Origin: Verrucomicrobiota bacterium
GTDB lineage: Bacteria > Verrucomicrobiota > Verrucomicrobiia > Opitutales > Coraliomargaritaceae
Direction of reading: 5' to 3'
Length of the DNA stretch: 64,000 bases
NCBI GenBank assembly: GCA_039815375.1
Contig: JBCBZJ010000001.1
Location: 96,001 to 160,000 of the forward strand
The translations under genes and the position numbers were made by a program. How positions within the stretch are numbered: the stretch's first letter is position 1; every line of letters begins with the position of its first letter. The notes under the pieces were generated by a model. That model worked only from the letters and a program-made list of their open reading frames with translations, made no database searches and was not told the DNA's origin. Positions 51,021 to 60,939 of the stretch are shown here, one piece after another.

Positions 51021-51742
51021 CAGACGAGCGTTTCTCAGAACTCGTAGATCTCTATCTCGATAAGGAAATTTCGGCGGATGAGTTGAAGCTCCTTAAGGTC
51101 GAGCTTGCATCCAATCCTGACCGGATGCGTGCTTTTTCCGAACGTTGTCGATTGCATCAAGCTATGCGTCTCGCGTTGGATCCGGAACGCTCCAATTACT
51201 CGCATTTTTCGTGCGCGCAAGGAAGCGATGCAGGTAGGCGGCTCAGAAAGCCGGAAGTGGCTCTTTTCCCTCGTTGGGTGTTGGGCTCCGGTGTGGCAGC
51301 GTCGGTCTTGGTTGCTCTGATTCTTTTGCCAGCGGTTATGCGTGATACGACCGATGCTTCAGCTCAGCGGGATTTGGTGGTGGTTGCGGACACGGAGCTA
51401 CCGCAAAGCGACCCACTTGATATGATTGGAAAGTCTGAGCTGCGTCGTTTCGCAAATACACAGCAACAACGTGCTGTGGAGACCCACGCCAGTTTGGTGT
51501 CACAAATGCGTTTACTAGGGTTGCGTCCGGAGTTGACTCCTCGGGACAAGGATCTTCGTGAAGTCAGTCTGGCTACTGTGCAAGAAGTTGAACGAAGTGT
51601 AAGCCAGGCAGAGCTTTTCCAGCGTCTTCAGGGGCTTCGTGCAATCCCAGAGCAAGAGCTTCTCAGGCTAGATGAGGTGCCGGCGGCACCGGTTAGTTGG
51701 CCGGGCAATTTCCAGTCCTCACTTGTCAGCTTCGGTAATTAA
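51017..51742 (+). CDS. Putative anti-sigma factor
   Basis: ATGA overlap with the sigma gene, ELVDLYLDKEIS N-terminus, single TM. Confidence 0.75.
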   Translation: MTDERFSELVDLYLDKEISADELKLLKVELASNPDRMRAFSERCRLHQAMRLALDPERSNYSHFSCAQGSDAGRRLRKPEVALFPRWVLGSGVAASVLVALILLPAVMRDTTDASAQRDLVVVADTELPQSDPLDMIGKSELRRFANTQQQRAVETHASLVSQMRLLGLRPELTPRDKDLREVSLATVQEVERSVSQAELFQRLQGLRAIPEQELLRLDEVPAAPVSWPGNFQSSLVSFGN

Positions 51743-51750
51743 TCGCCGCT

Positions 51751-53865
51751 TCAGGGCTGACCCTGTGCTCGTCGCATGGCGCGAGCTGCAGCTTCGGGTT
51801 GGTTGTTCTGTTGATAGGCCAAAGAAAGATTATACCAAGCACGGGAGAAATCCGGTTGAATTGCAACCGCCTCTTCGAGGTAGCCGATAGCCATCTGCAG
51901 GTCTTCTGTTTCTGCTGCCAATAACCCGAGTGAGTAGGGGAAGGTTGCATTGTTCGGTGCTATCTCCCATCCGGTAAAAAGTTTCGTGCGAGCCTCCTTG
52001 TTCAAGCCAGCCATGCTGAGAAGTATAGCAGACTGACGGTAGATGCCCGGATTTAGGCTGTCATATTTGATCGCGCGTTCGAGATACTTTCGGAGTTCGG
52101 GGAGTTTCTGATCGATAGCAGCCTGGTTCGCCTTGATCAAAAGCGACTGAGGGCGGTCGATGTTGAATTCAAGGTATTCATCCCAATCTTTAGCGGCGGT
52201 AGCGTCCGAGATTGGCAGATTCAATGTTGTCAGCGCTCGCGAGGCAGAGATGCGAACAGAGCGGGATGGATCGGACAGCGCATCGAGCGCGAACTTACTG
52301 TCCCGCTCTATTTGCGAGAGGGCACCGATTGCCCTTTCACGAACCATGGGGCTTTCGTCCCCCTTACCTGCTTCGATTGCCTGAATCGCGGTCGGATCCG
52401 GGATGTCGTTTCCAATCAGCCCGGTGTAGGTCGCGCGCCACGCAGCAATGTCCTCTGTCTCAAGTAGTTTGAGAAGTGCTGGCAGTGCTGCCGGGCTATA
52501 CTCATAGGCCGCTTGAATGGTTCGAGCTCTCTGCCGCTGACGACTCTTGGCCAGTTTTTCACCATACCACTGTTCTGCATACTCTACCGCCCAGTCGACC
52601 GGTTCGTCGGTGTGGCATGAGCTGCAGGCATTCGGTATGCCAAGCTCCTTAGTCATCAGAGGATCAGGGGAGTGAAATCCGTGGTCAGCGCGTGGATCGA
52701 CCTGCATGTAGACTCGTTTCGGCATGTGGCAGTTCACGCATTGATTTCCGGTGCTGCCTTCTGGGTGAAAACTATGTGCGACTGGCTCGATTGTGGGTGC
52801 ATCCATATATCCATTTTCATGGCAACGCATGCAGAGCATGTTGTTTTCAACGGGTAGGATACGCTCTAGACTGTGGGGATTATGGCAATCCATGCAGCTG
52901 ACGCCAGCATGGGCCATCCGACTCATTTGGAATGAAGCATGGACAAAGACCTCATCGCGAATCTGCCCATCCGGGAAGTAGAGGCCTTGTTGGTCGGGCA
53001 GGCTCAAGCTGAAATGGTCGTGATAAGCATCGCCGGTGCTGAAGGCATCCGAAGTGAGTTGATCGCGCCGCGAGTGGCAGGTCACACAGTTGTCTTCGAT
53101 CTGCCGCTTGTTTAGAATGGGCAATGCTGCATATGATCCAGAGTGCGCCGCTTGCAAATGATCCTCCAGCCCGGTGTGGCATTCTGCACACGCGATTCCC
53201 TGCTGAATCCATCTCGAATCGTATCGGTCGGAATCGAAATCATAGCCCTTGGCAAATTCTGTCGTGTGGCAATAGGCACAGTTGGCGTTCCAGTTCATGC
53301 CTTGTCCCGTCCAGTGTCCCCATTCGCCGGGCACTCGGTTTTCTCCCGCAAACACATCGACCCACTTGTCATTGATCACATCATACGACGCACTGATTGT
53401 TTGAAATTTGTTTCCCTCGAGGCGAGTCAGATACTGCCGAATCGGTGTTTCACCAATGACCCCAATCAATTCGTAGTCCGTTTGCTCACCGCTTTCCTCG
53501 AAGACTTTCAGCCAGAATTTTCCATCTAAGGTTTCCAGGCGGTAGTTGACACCTGACTCTGAGATTTCACGAGTCGGCGTGAAAGCGGAGGAGTCGAGCT
53601 CTTTGGATACGGGGCGATTTGCTTTTGCGTGATGACTCTGCTGCCATTGAGCAACCTCATCGGCATGACATTCCACACAGGAGGATGGTCCGCTTCGTGC
53701 CAGCCGTGGGCCATCATAGGTGAACGGAAAGATGCCATATCTGGCCTGTGCATCTGCGCTCTCGGTTGCAATGTAACCATCACCAGACTGTTGCCCACAC
53801 CCAATGAAGGAAAGCCCGACGGCGCTAAGAAGCACCGCGGGCGGTAAGTTCGTTCGCTGCAACAT
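51751..53865 (-). CDS. Octaheme c-type cytochrome lipoprotein with HEAT/TPR repeats
   Basis: 8 CxxCH motifs, lipobox FIGC, C-terminal TPR (AWYNLSLAY). Confidence 0.92.
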   Translation of the reverse strand: MLQRTNLPPAVLLSAVGLSFIGCGQQSGDGYIATESADAQARYGIFPFTYDGPRLARSGPSSCVECHADEVAQWQQSHHAKANRPVSKELDSSAFTPTREISESGVNYRLETLDGKFWLKVFEESGEQTDYELIGVIGETPIRQYLTRLEGNKFQTISASYDVINDKWVDVFAGENRVPGEWGHWTGQGMNWNANCAYCHTTEFAKGYDFDSDRYDSRWIQQGIACAECHTGLEDHLQAAHSGSYAALPILNKRQIEDNCVTCHSRRDQLTSDAFSTGDAYHDHFSLSLPDQQGLYFPDGQIRDEVFVHASFQMSRMAHAGVSCMDCHNPHSLERILPVENNMLCMRCHENGYMDAPTIEPVAHSFHPEGSTGNQCVNCHMPKRVYMQVDPRADHGFHSPDPLMTKELGIPNACSSCHTDEPVDWAVEYAEQWYGEKLAKSRQRQRARTIQAAYEYSPAALPALLKLLETEDIAAWRATYTGLIGNDIPDPTAIQAIEAGKGDESPMVRERAIGALSQIERDSKFALDALSDPSRSVRISASRALTTLNLPISDATAAKDWDEYLEFNIDRPQSLLIKANQAAIDQKLPELRKYLERAIKYDSLNPGIYRQSAILLSMAGLNKEARTKLFTGWEIAPNNATFPYSLGLLAAETEDLQMAIGYLEEAVAIQPDFSRAWYNLSLAYQQNNQPEAAARAMRRAQGQP

Positions 53866-53955
53866 CGTTTCCTAATACTGAAAAAAGATACCTATTCGGT
53901 CAAGTTTCTGGCGGAGGCTTGATTTAGTCATGCGTGGAGATAATGTCCCCTGTTA

Positions 53956-55485
53956 ATGAAAGTTATCCTTCTGTTGCTGTTTGGTGCACTACTTGGCGTA
54001 ACTTGCCTGCCTTACCTGCTGTTTCGACAGAAGGACATGCCACCGGGAGCAAACCGATCGAGTCCGTTCTATTCATTCAATTATGCAGAGCTCCTGATCG
54101 ACTGCACGGCCTGGGATGCCAAGCAAGAGCGCTACATTCTGGATCACCGTATCTTTGATACGATGCTCCGGGAAATCGAACAGGCAGAGACTTTCCTTAT
54201 CGCGGATTTCTTTCTTTGGAATCCATGGAGGGGAAAGCTTGAAGGAGGTGGAAACTTGCGCCCATTGGCCAATGAGCTCACGGTAGCACTGATTGAAAAA
54301 CGTATCCAAAATCCGGATATGCCCATGCTAGTCATTACTGATCCGATCAACCGGATATATGGAGACCAAGCTCCGGAAATCTACGACCGTATGGCGGATG
54401 CCGGCATTCCGGTAGTCTTTACTGCACTCGATGAACTACCGGACTCCAACATGGTCTATGCACCACAGGCTTGGTTCTGGTCGAAGTTTATTCCGGATGA
54501 ATCCTCGGATGAGGCGACCCGCTCAATGCCTAACCCCTTTGATCCTCTAGGCGAGAAGCTTACCCTTGCACAGTTCGGGAGACTACTTTATTTCAAAGCT
54601 AACCACCGCAAGGCCCTCATCACAGGGCGCATCGGCGGAGAAACACGCGTGCTCATACCCAGCCTTAATCCGGCGGATGGAAGTGCCAACCATTCGAATG
54701 TCGGATTGCTGGTCGATGGTCCTGTCGCACGGGTTGCGGCAGATTCGGAAATCAGTATTGCCCGTTGGTCTGTTTCTAAAGACGAGAATATACACGCTGG
54801 ACTTGTGCCCGAAGCGGCAAAGGCCATTGCCGATATCTACGACCTACTCGAAACCTTTCCGAAGCCCGATCATGCAGGGCAGGGGAGTGCCTCGGTTGCC
54901 TACCGTAGTGAGCGTGCGATTCAGGACGAAATTGTGCTGCAATTTCAAAAAGCTGTTACCGGCACACGTATTGATATCGGGATGTTTTACTTTTCAGATC
55001 GAAAAGTAGTTGAAGCTTTGATCGGGGCTATCGAACGGGGTGCAGCAGTCCGCGTTCTCCTCGATGCAAATCGAGATGCCTTTGGTCGCGAAAAGAACGG
55101 CATCCCGAATCGTATGATTGCAGCGGAGATCATGGAGCTCTCGGAGCAATATCAAGTGGAAGTCCGTTGGGCCGCTACGCACGGTGAACAATTTCACGGT
55201 AAAGTCCTCCGTGTGAGTGGGCCCCAACAGGAGATCCTGTTTCTGGGTTCGGCCAACTGGACCCGGCGTAATCTCGCCAACCTCAATCTCGAAGCCAACC
55301 TGCTTTTGGCGAATACTTCCTTCATTAACGAAGCGTTCGATGCCTACTTTGATTCCATTTGGAATAACAAACGAAGCTACGAAGAGAGCCTGCCTTATGA
55401 AGTATGGGCTGAAACAGGATGGAACTTGCGATGGAAGACTTGGCTCTACCGTTTCCAGGAATGGAGCGGAGCCTCAACCTTCTGA
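53956..55485 (+). CDS. Phospholipase D superfamily protein
   Basis: Two HxK motifs (NHRK, FHGK), GSANWT and N-terminal TM. Confidence 0.88.
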   Translation: MKVILLLLFGALLGVTCLPYLLFRQKDMPPGANRSSPFYSFNYAELLIDCTAWDAKQERYILDHRIFDTMLREIEQAETFLIADFFLWNPWRGKLEGGGNLRPLANELTVALIEKRIQNPDMPMLVITDPINRIYGDQAPEIYDRMADAGIPVVFTALDELPDSNMVYAPQAWFWSKFIPDESSDEATRSMPNPFDPLGEKLTLAQFGRLLYFKANHRKALITGRIGGETRVLIPSLNPADGSANHSNVGLLVDGPVARVAADSEISIARWSVSKDENIHAGLVPEAAKAIADIYDLLETFPKPDHAGQGSASVAYRSERAIQDEIVLQFQKAVTGTRIDIGMFYFSDRKVVEALIGAIERGAAVRVLLDANRDAFGREKNGIPNRMIAAEIMELSEQYQVEVRWAATHGEQFHGKVLRVSGPQQEILFLGSANWTRRNLANLNLEANLLLANTSFINEAFDAYFDSIWNNKRSYEESLPYEVWAETGWNLRWKTWLYRFQEWSGASTF

Positions 55486-55522
55486 AGCGAGTGACATTGC
55501 TCCCGGCTGCCCGGTTTCATCC

Positions 55523-55867
55523 TCATGATTGACGGAGGCTCGGGTAAGCCTTTCTGCCTTTTTTCGTTCTGTAGCTGCCTGGTTGTTTAGCCTTGGCCTG
55601 TTGCTTTTTGAAAAGCGGGACGAACTTTTCCTCGATGTGCGTAAAGGCGGCTTCGAGACCATCGTTTTCATAAACCTGACCGATCTCGGCCTCCATTGCA
55701 GTCGGTTCACCGATTGCCGAAAGAAATTTGTTTGAAGTCATCCGGATAAAGACCTCCGCTCGTTCCTTCGGCCCGATCGCCGCCTGTTGTAGAATCCACT
55801 TACGTGCATAAAGCGCCAACACTGCATCGCCGATCCAAGCTTGATTGCGTTTTTCTTCTTCCGTCAT
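55523..55867 (-). CDS. Small RNase III-domain-like protein
   Basis: AWIGDAVL and TAMEAEIGQVY resemble RNase III/Mini-III signatures. Confidence 0.65.
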   Translation of the reverse strand: MTEEEKRNQAWIGDAVLALYARKWILQQAAIGPKERAEVFIRMTSNKFLSAIGEPTAMEAEIGQVYENDGLEAAFTHIEEKFVPLFKKQQAKAKQPGSYRTKKGRKAYPSLRQS

Positions 55868-55957
55868 TCCTGAGAGGGGAGCAAATCAACCCTGGCAGTA
55901 AATGCAGCAGAAAAAGCTAGCTGGCGACGCCGCTTAAGAAATCGCGAAGTGACCTCG

Positions 55958-56434
55958 CTACCTATTGAGATCTTTGCGAAGTGGTGCCGAACCCAGGGCC
56001 TTCGTGCCATCGGGCTTTTCGATCTCGATCCACCACTTTGCGCCCTCCGGCAAGGGATTCGGTGCCATCATGTGGATATCATAGCTATTTTGTTTGCTGG
56101 CGTAAGTTCCTTTCCCGACGGATGATAAAGTGCGATCCTCGCTTCCAATCCACGCACGCACGACCGATCCACCGTTGTCACGATAGGGTAATTTGACGAC
56201 CAGATGTCCTTCCTCGCCGGCTTGAACCATGCCGTGTGCCTGGGTCACTTCAGCGTAGATTCCAGAGATGTTGAAGACACCAAGCCTGAAACGTTCGCCG
56301 TGGTCGTGGCCGCCGCCACTTGGTGATGGCCCATGATGGTCGTGCCCGTGGTGGCCATGGTCATGTTCAGAGCCGCATCCGGAGAAGAATGTGACGAGCG
56401 TTAAAGCCGCGATGAGTTGAGTCAGGTTTTTCAT
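55958..56434 (-). CDS. His-rich lipoprotein associated with the RND operon
   Basis: Lipobox FSGC, HDHGHHGHDHH, 4-nt overlap with the permease. Confidence 0.8.
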   Translation of the reverse strand: MKNLTQLIAALTLVTFFSGCGSEHDHGHHGHDHHGPSPSGGGHDHGERFRLGVFNISGIYAEVTQAHGMVQAGEEGHLVVKLPYRDNGGSVVRAWIGSEDRTLSSVGKGTYASKQNSYDIHMMAPNPLPEGAKWWIEIEKPDGTKALGSAPLRKDLNR

Positions 56435-59400
56435 GGTTCTGTTTTTTCAGTTTTTGGATGAGAGACTTTCCGGATTGCCGCATAGCCGGCGGGAAAGACG
56501 ATGAGGTTGAGAAAGGTTGAGGTGAGCAGGCCGCCTAGGATTACGACCGAAAGTGGTGCCAGGATTTCATTTCCCGGTTGGTGGCCCTTCAGAATGATCG
56601 GTACGACGGCGAGTGCGGCAGTCAGTGCGGTCATCAGGATCGGCACAAGACGCTCGGAGGAGCCCTGGATGATCGCTTCGTAGGTCGTCCGGCCTTCGTG
56701 CTCGATCAAGTGCTCATAGTGATTGACGAGCAGGATGCCGCTGCGAACCGCGATGCCAAATAGTGTTATAAAGCCAACAAGGCTAGCGATCGAAATTACC
56801 GGTGCGGTGTAGTGACCGCCCAGTCCAAACAATGCGAGAGTGTTCGTAATCAAGTTCGGCGACTCTGCCAGGTAGATAGCGACAATACCACCGATCAAGG
56901 CAAGTGGCAGGCTGCAGATCACCAATAAGGCGATACGGAGCGACTTCACCGCAAGCTGAAGCAGAACAATCATGATCAAGAGGACGAAACCGCCGAACAG
57001 CAGGATCGTTCGGCTCGCGGATTGCTGTGCTTCGAACTGGCCGCCGTATTTTACGGTGTATCCTTGGCTGATGACGATGGGGTCGACTTGTTCGCGAACG
57101 ACTTCGACCAGCTGGCTCAGGTTATAGCCTTCCTCTACGTTTAGTGTAACGACTGCTTTCCGTTGTCCATTCTCGCGGGCGATCAGATTCGAAGTCATCT
57201 CCGGGCCGATGTTTGCGACCTCGTGCAGGCGGACGAGCATGCCGCCTTTTCCGCGGAGAATGAGGTTCTTGAGATCCTTCATTTCGTCCCGGTCCTGCTC
57301 GTCCAAGCGAACTGCGATATTGTAGCGACGGACGCCTTCGTTAACCTCAGCGACTACTATTCCATAGATTGCGTTGCGGACCTGTTCGGTCGCGGATTGA
57401 GGCGTAAGTCCATAAGCTGCCAGCTCTGCCGGCCTATATTCAATCGGAAGCGACTGAATCATGACCTCCCGGTTTGCGGCTACATCGCGTGCTCCGGGAG
57501 TCGATTTAAGGACACCTTCAATTTCCTTTGCGATGATTCGTAGCCGGGCGAGATCGTCTCCATATACATTAATGGCGATCGCTGCCGGCGTCCCCGAAAG
57601 GATGTGACTTAATCGGTGCTCAATGGGCTGCCCGATATTGGTCGTGATTCCAGGAACCTGCTCAAGGATCTGGCTGACCTTCTGGCGCACCTTTTCTTTT
57701 CGAAATCCCTCTTTGATCGTGATCTCAATCTCTGAGTTACTAACCGGTTCGACATGCTCATCGCGTTCGGCTCGTCCGGTGCGGCGTGTCACACTCCGCA
57801 CACCATCGAGCCGGAGCAACTGCTGCTCAATGGATTGAGCCATGCGGTCACTCGCCTGCAGTGAAGTGCCCGGCGGTGCGAAAAGCCCAACGGTGAAGGT
57901 GCCCTCGTTGAACTCGGGTAAAAACGAGCGACCATAGCTTGAGGCCAGCAAAAGTGCACCGATAGTTGCGGCGACGGCTCCTGCCAAAACGCTTTTCCGT
58001 CTCAAGATAGCCCAGGCAACGATTGGCTTGTAGCGGGTCTTCAGCCAGCGAACCAGTGGCGCATCGCTTTCTCCACCGGTCCTTTGTTTTGGGTTCAAAA
58101 GGTAGCGGCACATGGCGGGCGTCACGGTCAAGGCAACGAAGAGCGAAGCGACAATCGAGATGCCAAAGGCGATACCAAGCGGTCGGAAGAATCGGCCCTC
58201 AAGGCCCTCAAGGAACATCAGGGGTAGAAAGACCAAAACGATAATGATCGTAGCAAAGACCATCGCCGGCCGGATCTCGTTGCTGGCATCAAGAATCACA
58301 TCCAGCCGCGGACGCTGCCGGCTTATCGGCAGCTGAACGTTTTGCCCGAGCCGTCGGTAGACGTTTTCGACATCGATAATAGCATCGTCGACGAGACTGC
58401 CGACTGCAATGGCAAGACCACCGAGTGTCATCACGTTAACGGTCATTTCCAGCCAGTCGAAGACGAGTAGTCCAACCGCCAGTGAAAGCGGTATCGCCGT
58501 TAACGTGATCAGGGTAGTGCGGACATTGAAAAGAAAGAGCAGGATGATGAAGGCAACAATGATAGCTGCATCGCGAAGTGCGTGGGTGACGTTGCTGACC
58601 GAAAGGTTGATAAAGTCGGACTGCCGAAAAATCTGCCGGTTGATGTTGATGCCTTCCGACAGAGTAGGCTCCAGATCGTCCAACACTGCGTCGATTTGTT
58701 CTGTGATAGCCAGCGTGTTGGTGCCGGGTGACTTCTGGATAGTCAGCACGACTGCGGACGCACCGCCATCTGCGCCGGTGCCGCGTTTGGGTGCGGCACC
58801 GATGCGCACCTCCGCAACGTCGCCGATCGTGACAGGGAATTGATTCTGGTAGAGAATAACCGTTCTGGAAATATCCTCAGCGGATCGGACGCGACCGCTC
58901 TGCCGCACTGGCATTTCAAGCGAGTTGATTTCGGGAATATAGCCCGCACTTAGTGTGCTGTGTGATGCACCCGCAGCGTTGGCAACATCTTCAACCGTAA
59001 GATCGTAGAGTCGTAAATCATCCTGCCGCACAATGACCTGATACTCGGGTAGCTCACCGCCGATTACTGAGATCTGTGCGACCCCGGGCACGGAAAGTAA
59101 TTTTCTTCGGAGGTCATATTCAGCATAGGCCCGTATTTCCATGTCGGAAAGACTCCCGTCCGGAGACGTCACTGCCAGCATCATGATCTCTCCCGTCAGT
59201 GAAGTGATCGGCGTCATCTCTGCATGCGCATCTGTTGGGAGATCGTCCCGGACCGAGTCCAGACGCTCGGCCACGAGCTGTCGGGCGGAGAGGATATCCA
59301 TCGCCCATTCAAATTCGACATATGCGACGGAAAGGCCCATCGCACTGGACGTTCGAACACGACGGACACCGGGCATCCCATTGACCGAAGTTTCAATCGG

Positions 59401-59640
59401 GAAGGTCACATACTGCTCCACCTCATCGGCAGCCAGCCCCGGCGCTTCGGTCATAATCACGACAGTGGGGGCGTTGAGTTCAGGGAAAACATCTACAGGG
59501 GTCTTCGACAGCCGAAGCAGCACAAATACGAGAAGCGAGGCTGCCAGCAGGAGCACAAGCGGTGCTTGGTCCAGCGAGAATTTGATGAGTCTCGCAAGCA
59601 TCGAACTGCCTGGGTTGGGTGGTTGCATAACTCGGCTCAA
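56431..59640 (-). CDS. Heavy-metal efflux RND permease (CzcA/CusA family)
   Basis: DVFP, VEQYVTFPIE, VDDAIIDVEN, FLPEFNEG and RLVPILMT. Start approximate. Confidence 0.95.
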   Translation of the reverse strand: MSRVMQPPNPGSSMLARLIKFSLDQAPLVLLLAASLLVFVLLRLSKTPVDVFPELNAPTVVIMTEAPGLAADEVEQYVTFPIETSVNGMPGVRRVRTSSAMGLSVAYVEFEWAMDILSARQLVAERLDSVRDDLPTDAHAEMTPITSLTGEIMMLAVTSPDGSLSDMEIRAYAEYDLRRKLLSVPGVAQISVIGGELPEYQVIVRQDDLRLYDLTVEDVANAAGASHSTLSAGYIPEINSLEMPVRQSGRVRSAEDISRTVILYQNQFPVTIGDVAEVRIGAAPKRGTGADGGASAVVLTIQKSPGTNTLAITEQIDAVLDDLEPTLSEGININRQIFRQSDFINLSVSNVTHALRDAAIIVAFIILLFLFNVRTTLITLTAIPLSLAVGLLVFDWLEMTVNVMTLGGLAIAVGSLVDDAIIDVENVYRRLGQNVQLPISRQRPRLDVILDASNEIRPAMVFATIIIVLVFLPLMFLEGLEGRFFRPLGIAFGISIVASLFVALTVTPAMCRYLLNPKQRTGGESDAPLVRWLKTRYKPIVAWAILRRKSVLAGAVAATIGALLLASSYGRSFLPEFNEGTFTVGLFAPPGTSLQASDRMAQSIEQQLLRLDGVRSVTRRTGRAERDEHVEPVSNSEIEITIKEGFRKEKVRQKVSQILEQVPGITTNIGQPIEHRLSHILSGTPAAIAINVYGDDLARLRIIAKEIEGVLKSTPGARDVAANREVMIQSLPIEYRPAELAAYGLTPQSATEQVRNAIYGIVVAEVNEGVRRYNIAVRLDEQDRDEMKDLKNLILRGKGGMLVRLHEVANIGPEMTSNLIARENGQRKAVVTLNVEEGYNLSQLVEVVREQVDPIVISQGYTVKYGGQFEAQQSASRTILLFGGFVLLIMIVLLQLAVKSLRIALLVICSLPLALIGGIVAIYLAESPNLITNTLALFGLGGHYTAPVISIASLVGFITLFGIAVRSGILLVNHYEHLIEHEGRTTYEAIIQGSSERLVPILMTALTAALAVVPIILKGHQPGNEILAPLSVVILGGLLTSTFLNLIVFPAGYAAIRKVSHPKTEKTEP

Positions 59641-60926
59641 TGCTCCTCCCCGTGAAATGTGCCGTCGGCGTGGAAATGCCCGCCCTTCTGGCTGGTACCA
59701 CCTTGAGCAGTCGCGAGTTTCAACTCATAGGTGCCCTCCAGCACAACCGAATCATTCGGGCCAATGCCGCTTTTCACCTCGACCCAGCGTCCATCGTCGA
59801 CCCCGAGATCGGCCTCTACGCGAATTGCTTTATTTGCATTGAGTGGATCGCGTTTGAAGAAGACGTGGACGATTCCGTCTTTGGCTACGGCTGCTTTCGG
59901 AATCGCGAGAACGAAGCCGCTGGTATCCTCGGTGGCAATTTCGAGAAATGCCGAGACTCCGGGCCGCGTCCAAGAACCGAGCTCATTTGGAACCGCATAG
60001 AGTGGGATGGTTCGACGGATCGGGTCCGCGATCACGCCCAGCGTGAGTTTTCCTTCAACCGCATTGTTTGCCAAGCTGCCCTGACCCTGTGGTGGAACGA
60101 TACGGACCATCTGACCGTCTGTAAATTTAGGCAAATCACTTTGCAGGCCCGTGCCCCGGAAACGGAGTTCGTCCGGATTTACCGTCGTCATAATAAGCGT
60201 GGCCTCTTCCACAAAACAGCCGTCCGTAACCGCAATCAATTCAACTACTCCCGGTTTGATTGCATGTTCTTCGATCCACTCCATCGCGCGATAGCGCGGA
60301 ACACCGTCGACTTTCTCAAGCAGGTCCAGCGGTGGGTGTTCATGGCCGTGATGCGTATCGTGCGGTCCAAGAATATTCGATGCACTGTAAAGTGCTGCAT
60401 CGAGAGCCGCTTTACTCACCGCGACCTTTCCTCGAAGAGCGGCAAGCTCGGCCTCCAAGTCGGCACGCTTGAAGTCTGCCCGGGCCAATGCGGCCATACG
60501 CTTCTCACCCATCTCGAGCTTGACTTCTGCTTGTTCCAGGGACGCAACCAGCAGATCGATCTCCGACTGTATCTCGGCCCACTCATGGGATCGATAGCGG
60601 TAGAGAATTTGCCCGGGCTCGACCCGTTCGAATTGCTTTACCTGAAATTGAATGACCCCGGGCAAATGTTGCCGGTATTCATGGCGCGCGGACGGCATGA
60701 GTTCGAAGGAACCGGGCACTCGGATTGTATTCGAAATCTGGCGACGCTCGACCCCCGCGAAAGTGATTCCCAAATTGCTGCGCACAGCTGCTGGAATCTC
60801 GATACGGTTTGTCGGTTGTTCGTCTTGTTTCGCGGCTCCGGGGTCGCCCGGTTGTTCGTAGCCACACCCTGTAATGATCAGGATGGCGGAGGTGAGTATT
60901 GGAATGTTTATGGATGCTGATTTCAT
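59637..60926 (-). CDS. RND membrane fusion protein
   Basis: Lipoprotein-like N-terminus, alpha hairpin, AIPKAAV and C-terminal HFHADGTFH. ATG 60926. Confidence 0.88.
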   Translation of the reverse strand: MKSASINIPILTSAILIITGCGYEQPGDPGAAKQDEQPTNRIEIPAAVRSNLGITFAGVERRQISNTIRVPGSFELMPSARHEYRQHLPGVIQFQVKQFERVEPGQILYRYRSHEWAEIQSEIDLLVASLEQAEVKLEMGEKRMAALARADFKRADLEAELAALRGKVAVSKAALDAALYSASNILGPHDTHHGHEHPPLDLLEKVDGVPRYRAMEWIEEHAIKPGVVELIAVTDGCFVEEATLIMTTVNPDELRFRGTGLQSDLPKFTDGQMVRIVPPQGQGSLANNAVEGKLTLGVIADPIRRTIPLYAVPNELGSWTRPGVSAFLEIATEDTSGFVLAIPKAAVAKDGIVHVFFKRDPLNANKAIRVEADLGVDDGRWVEVKSGIGPNDSVVLEGTYELKLATAQGGTSQKGGHFHADGTFHGEEH

Positions 60927-60939
60927 CGAAAACGAATGT

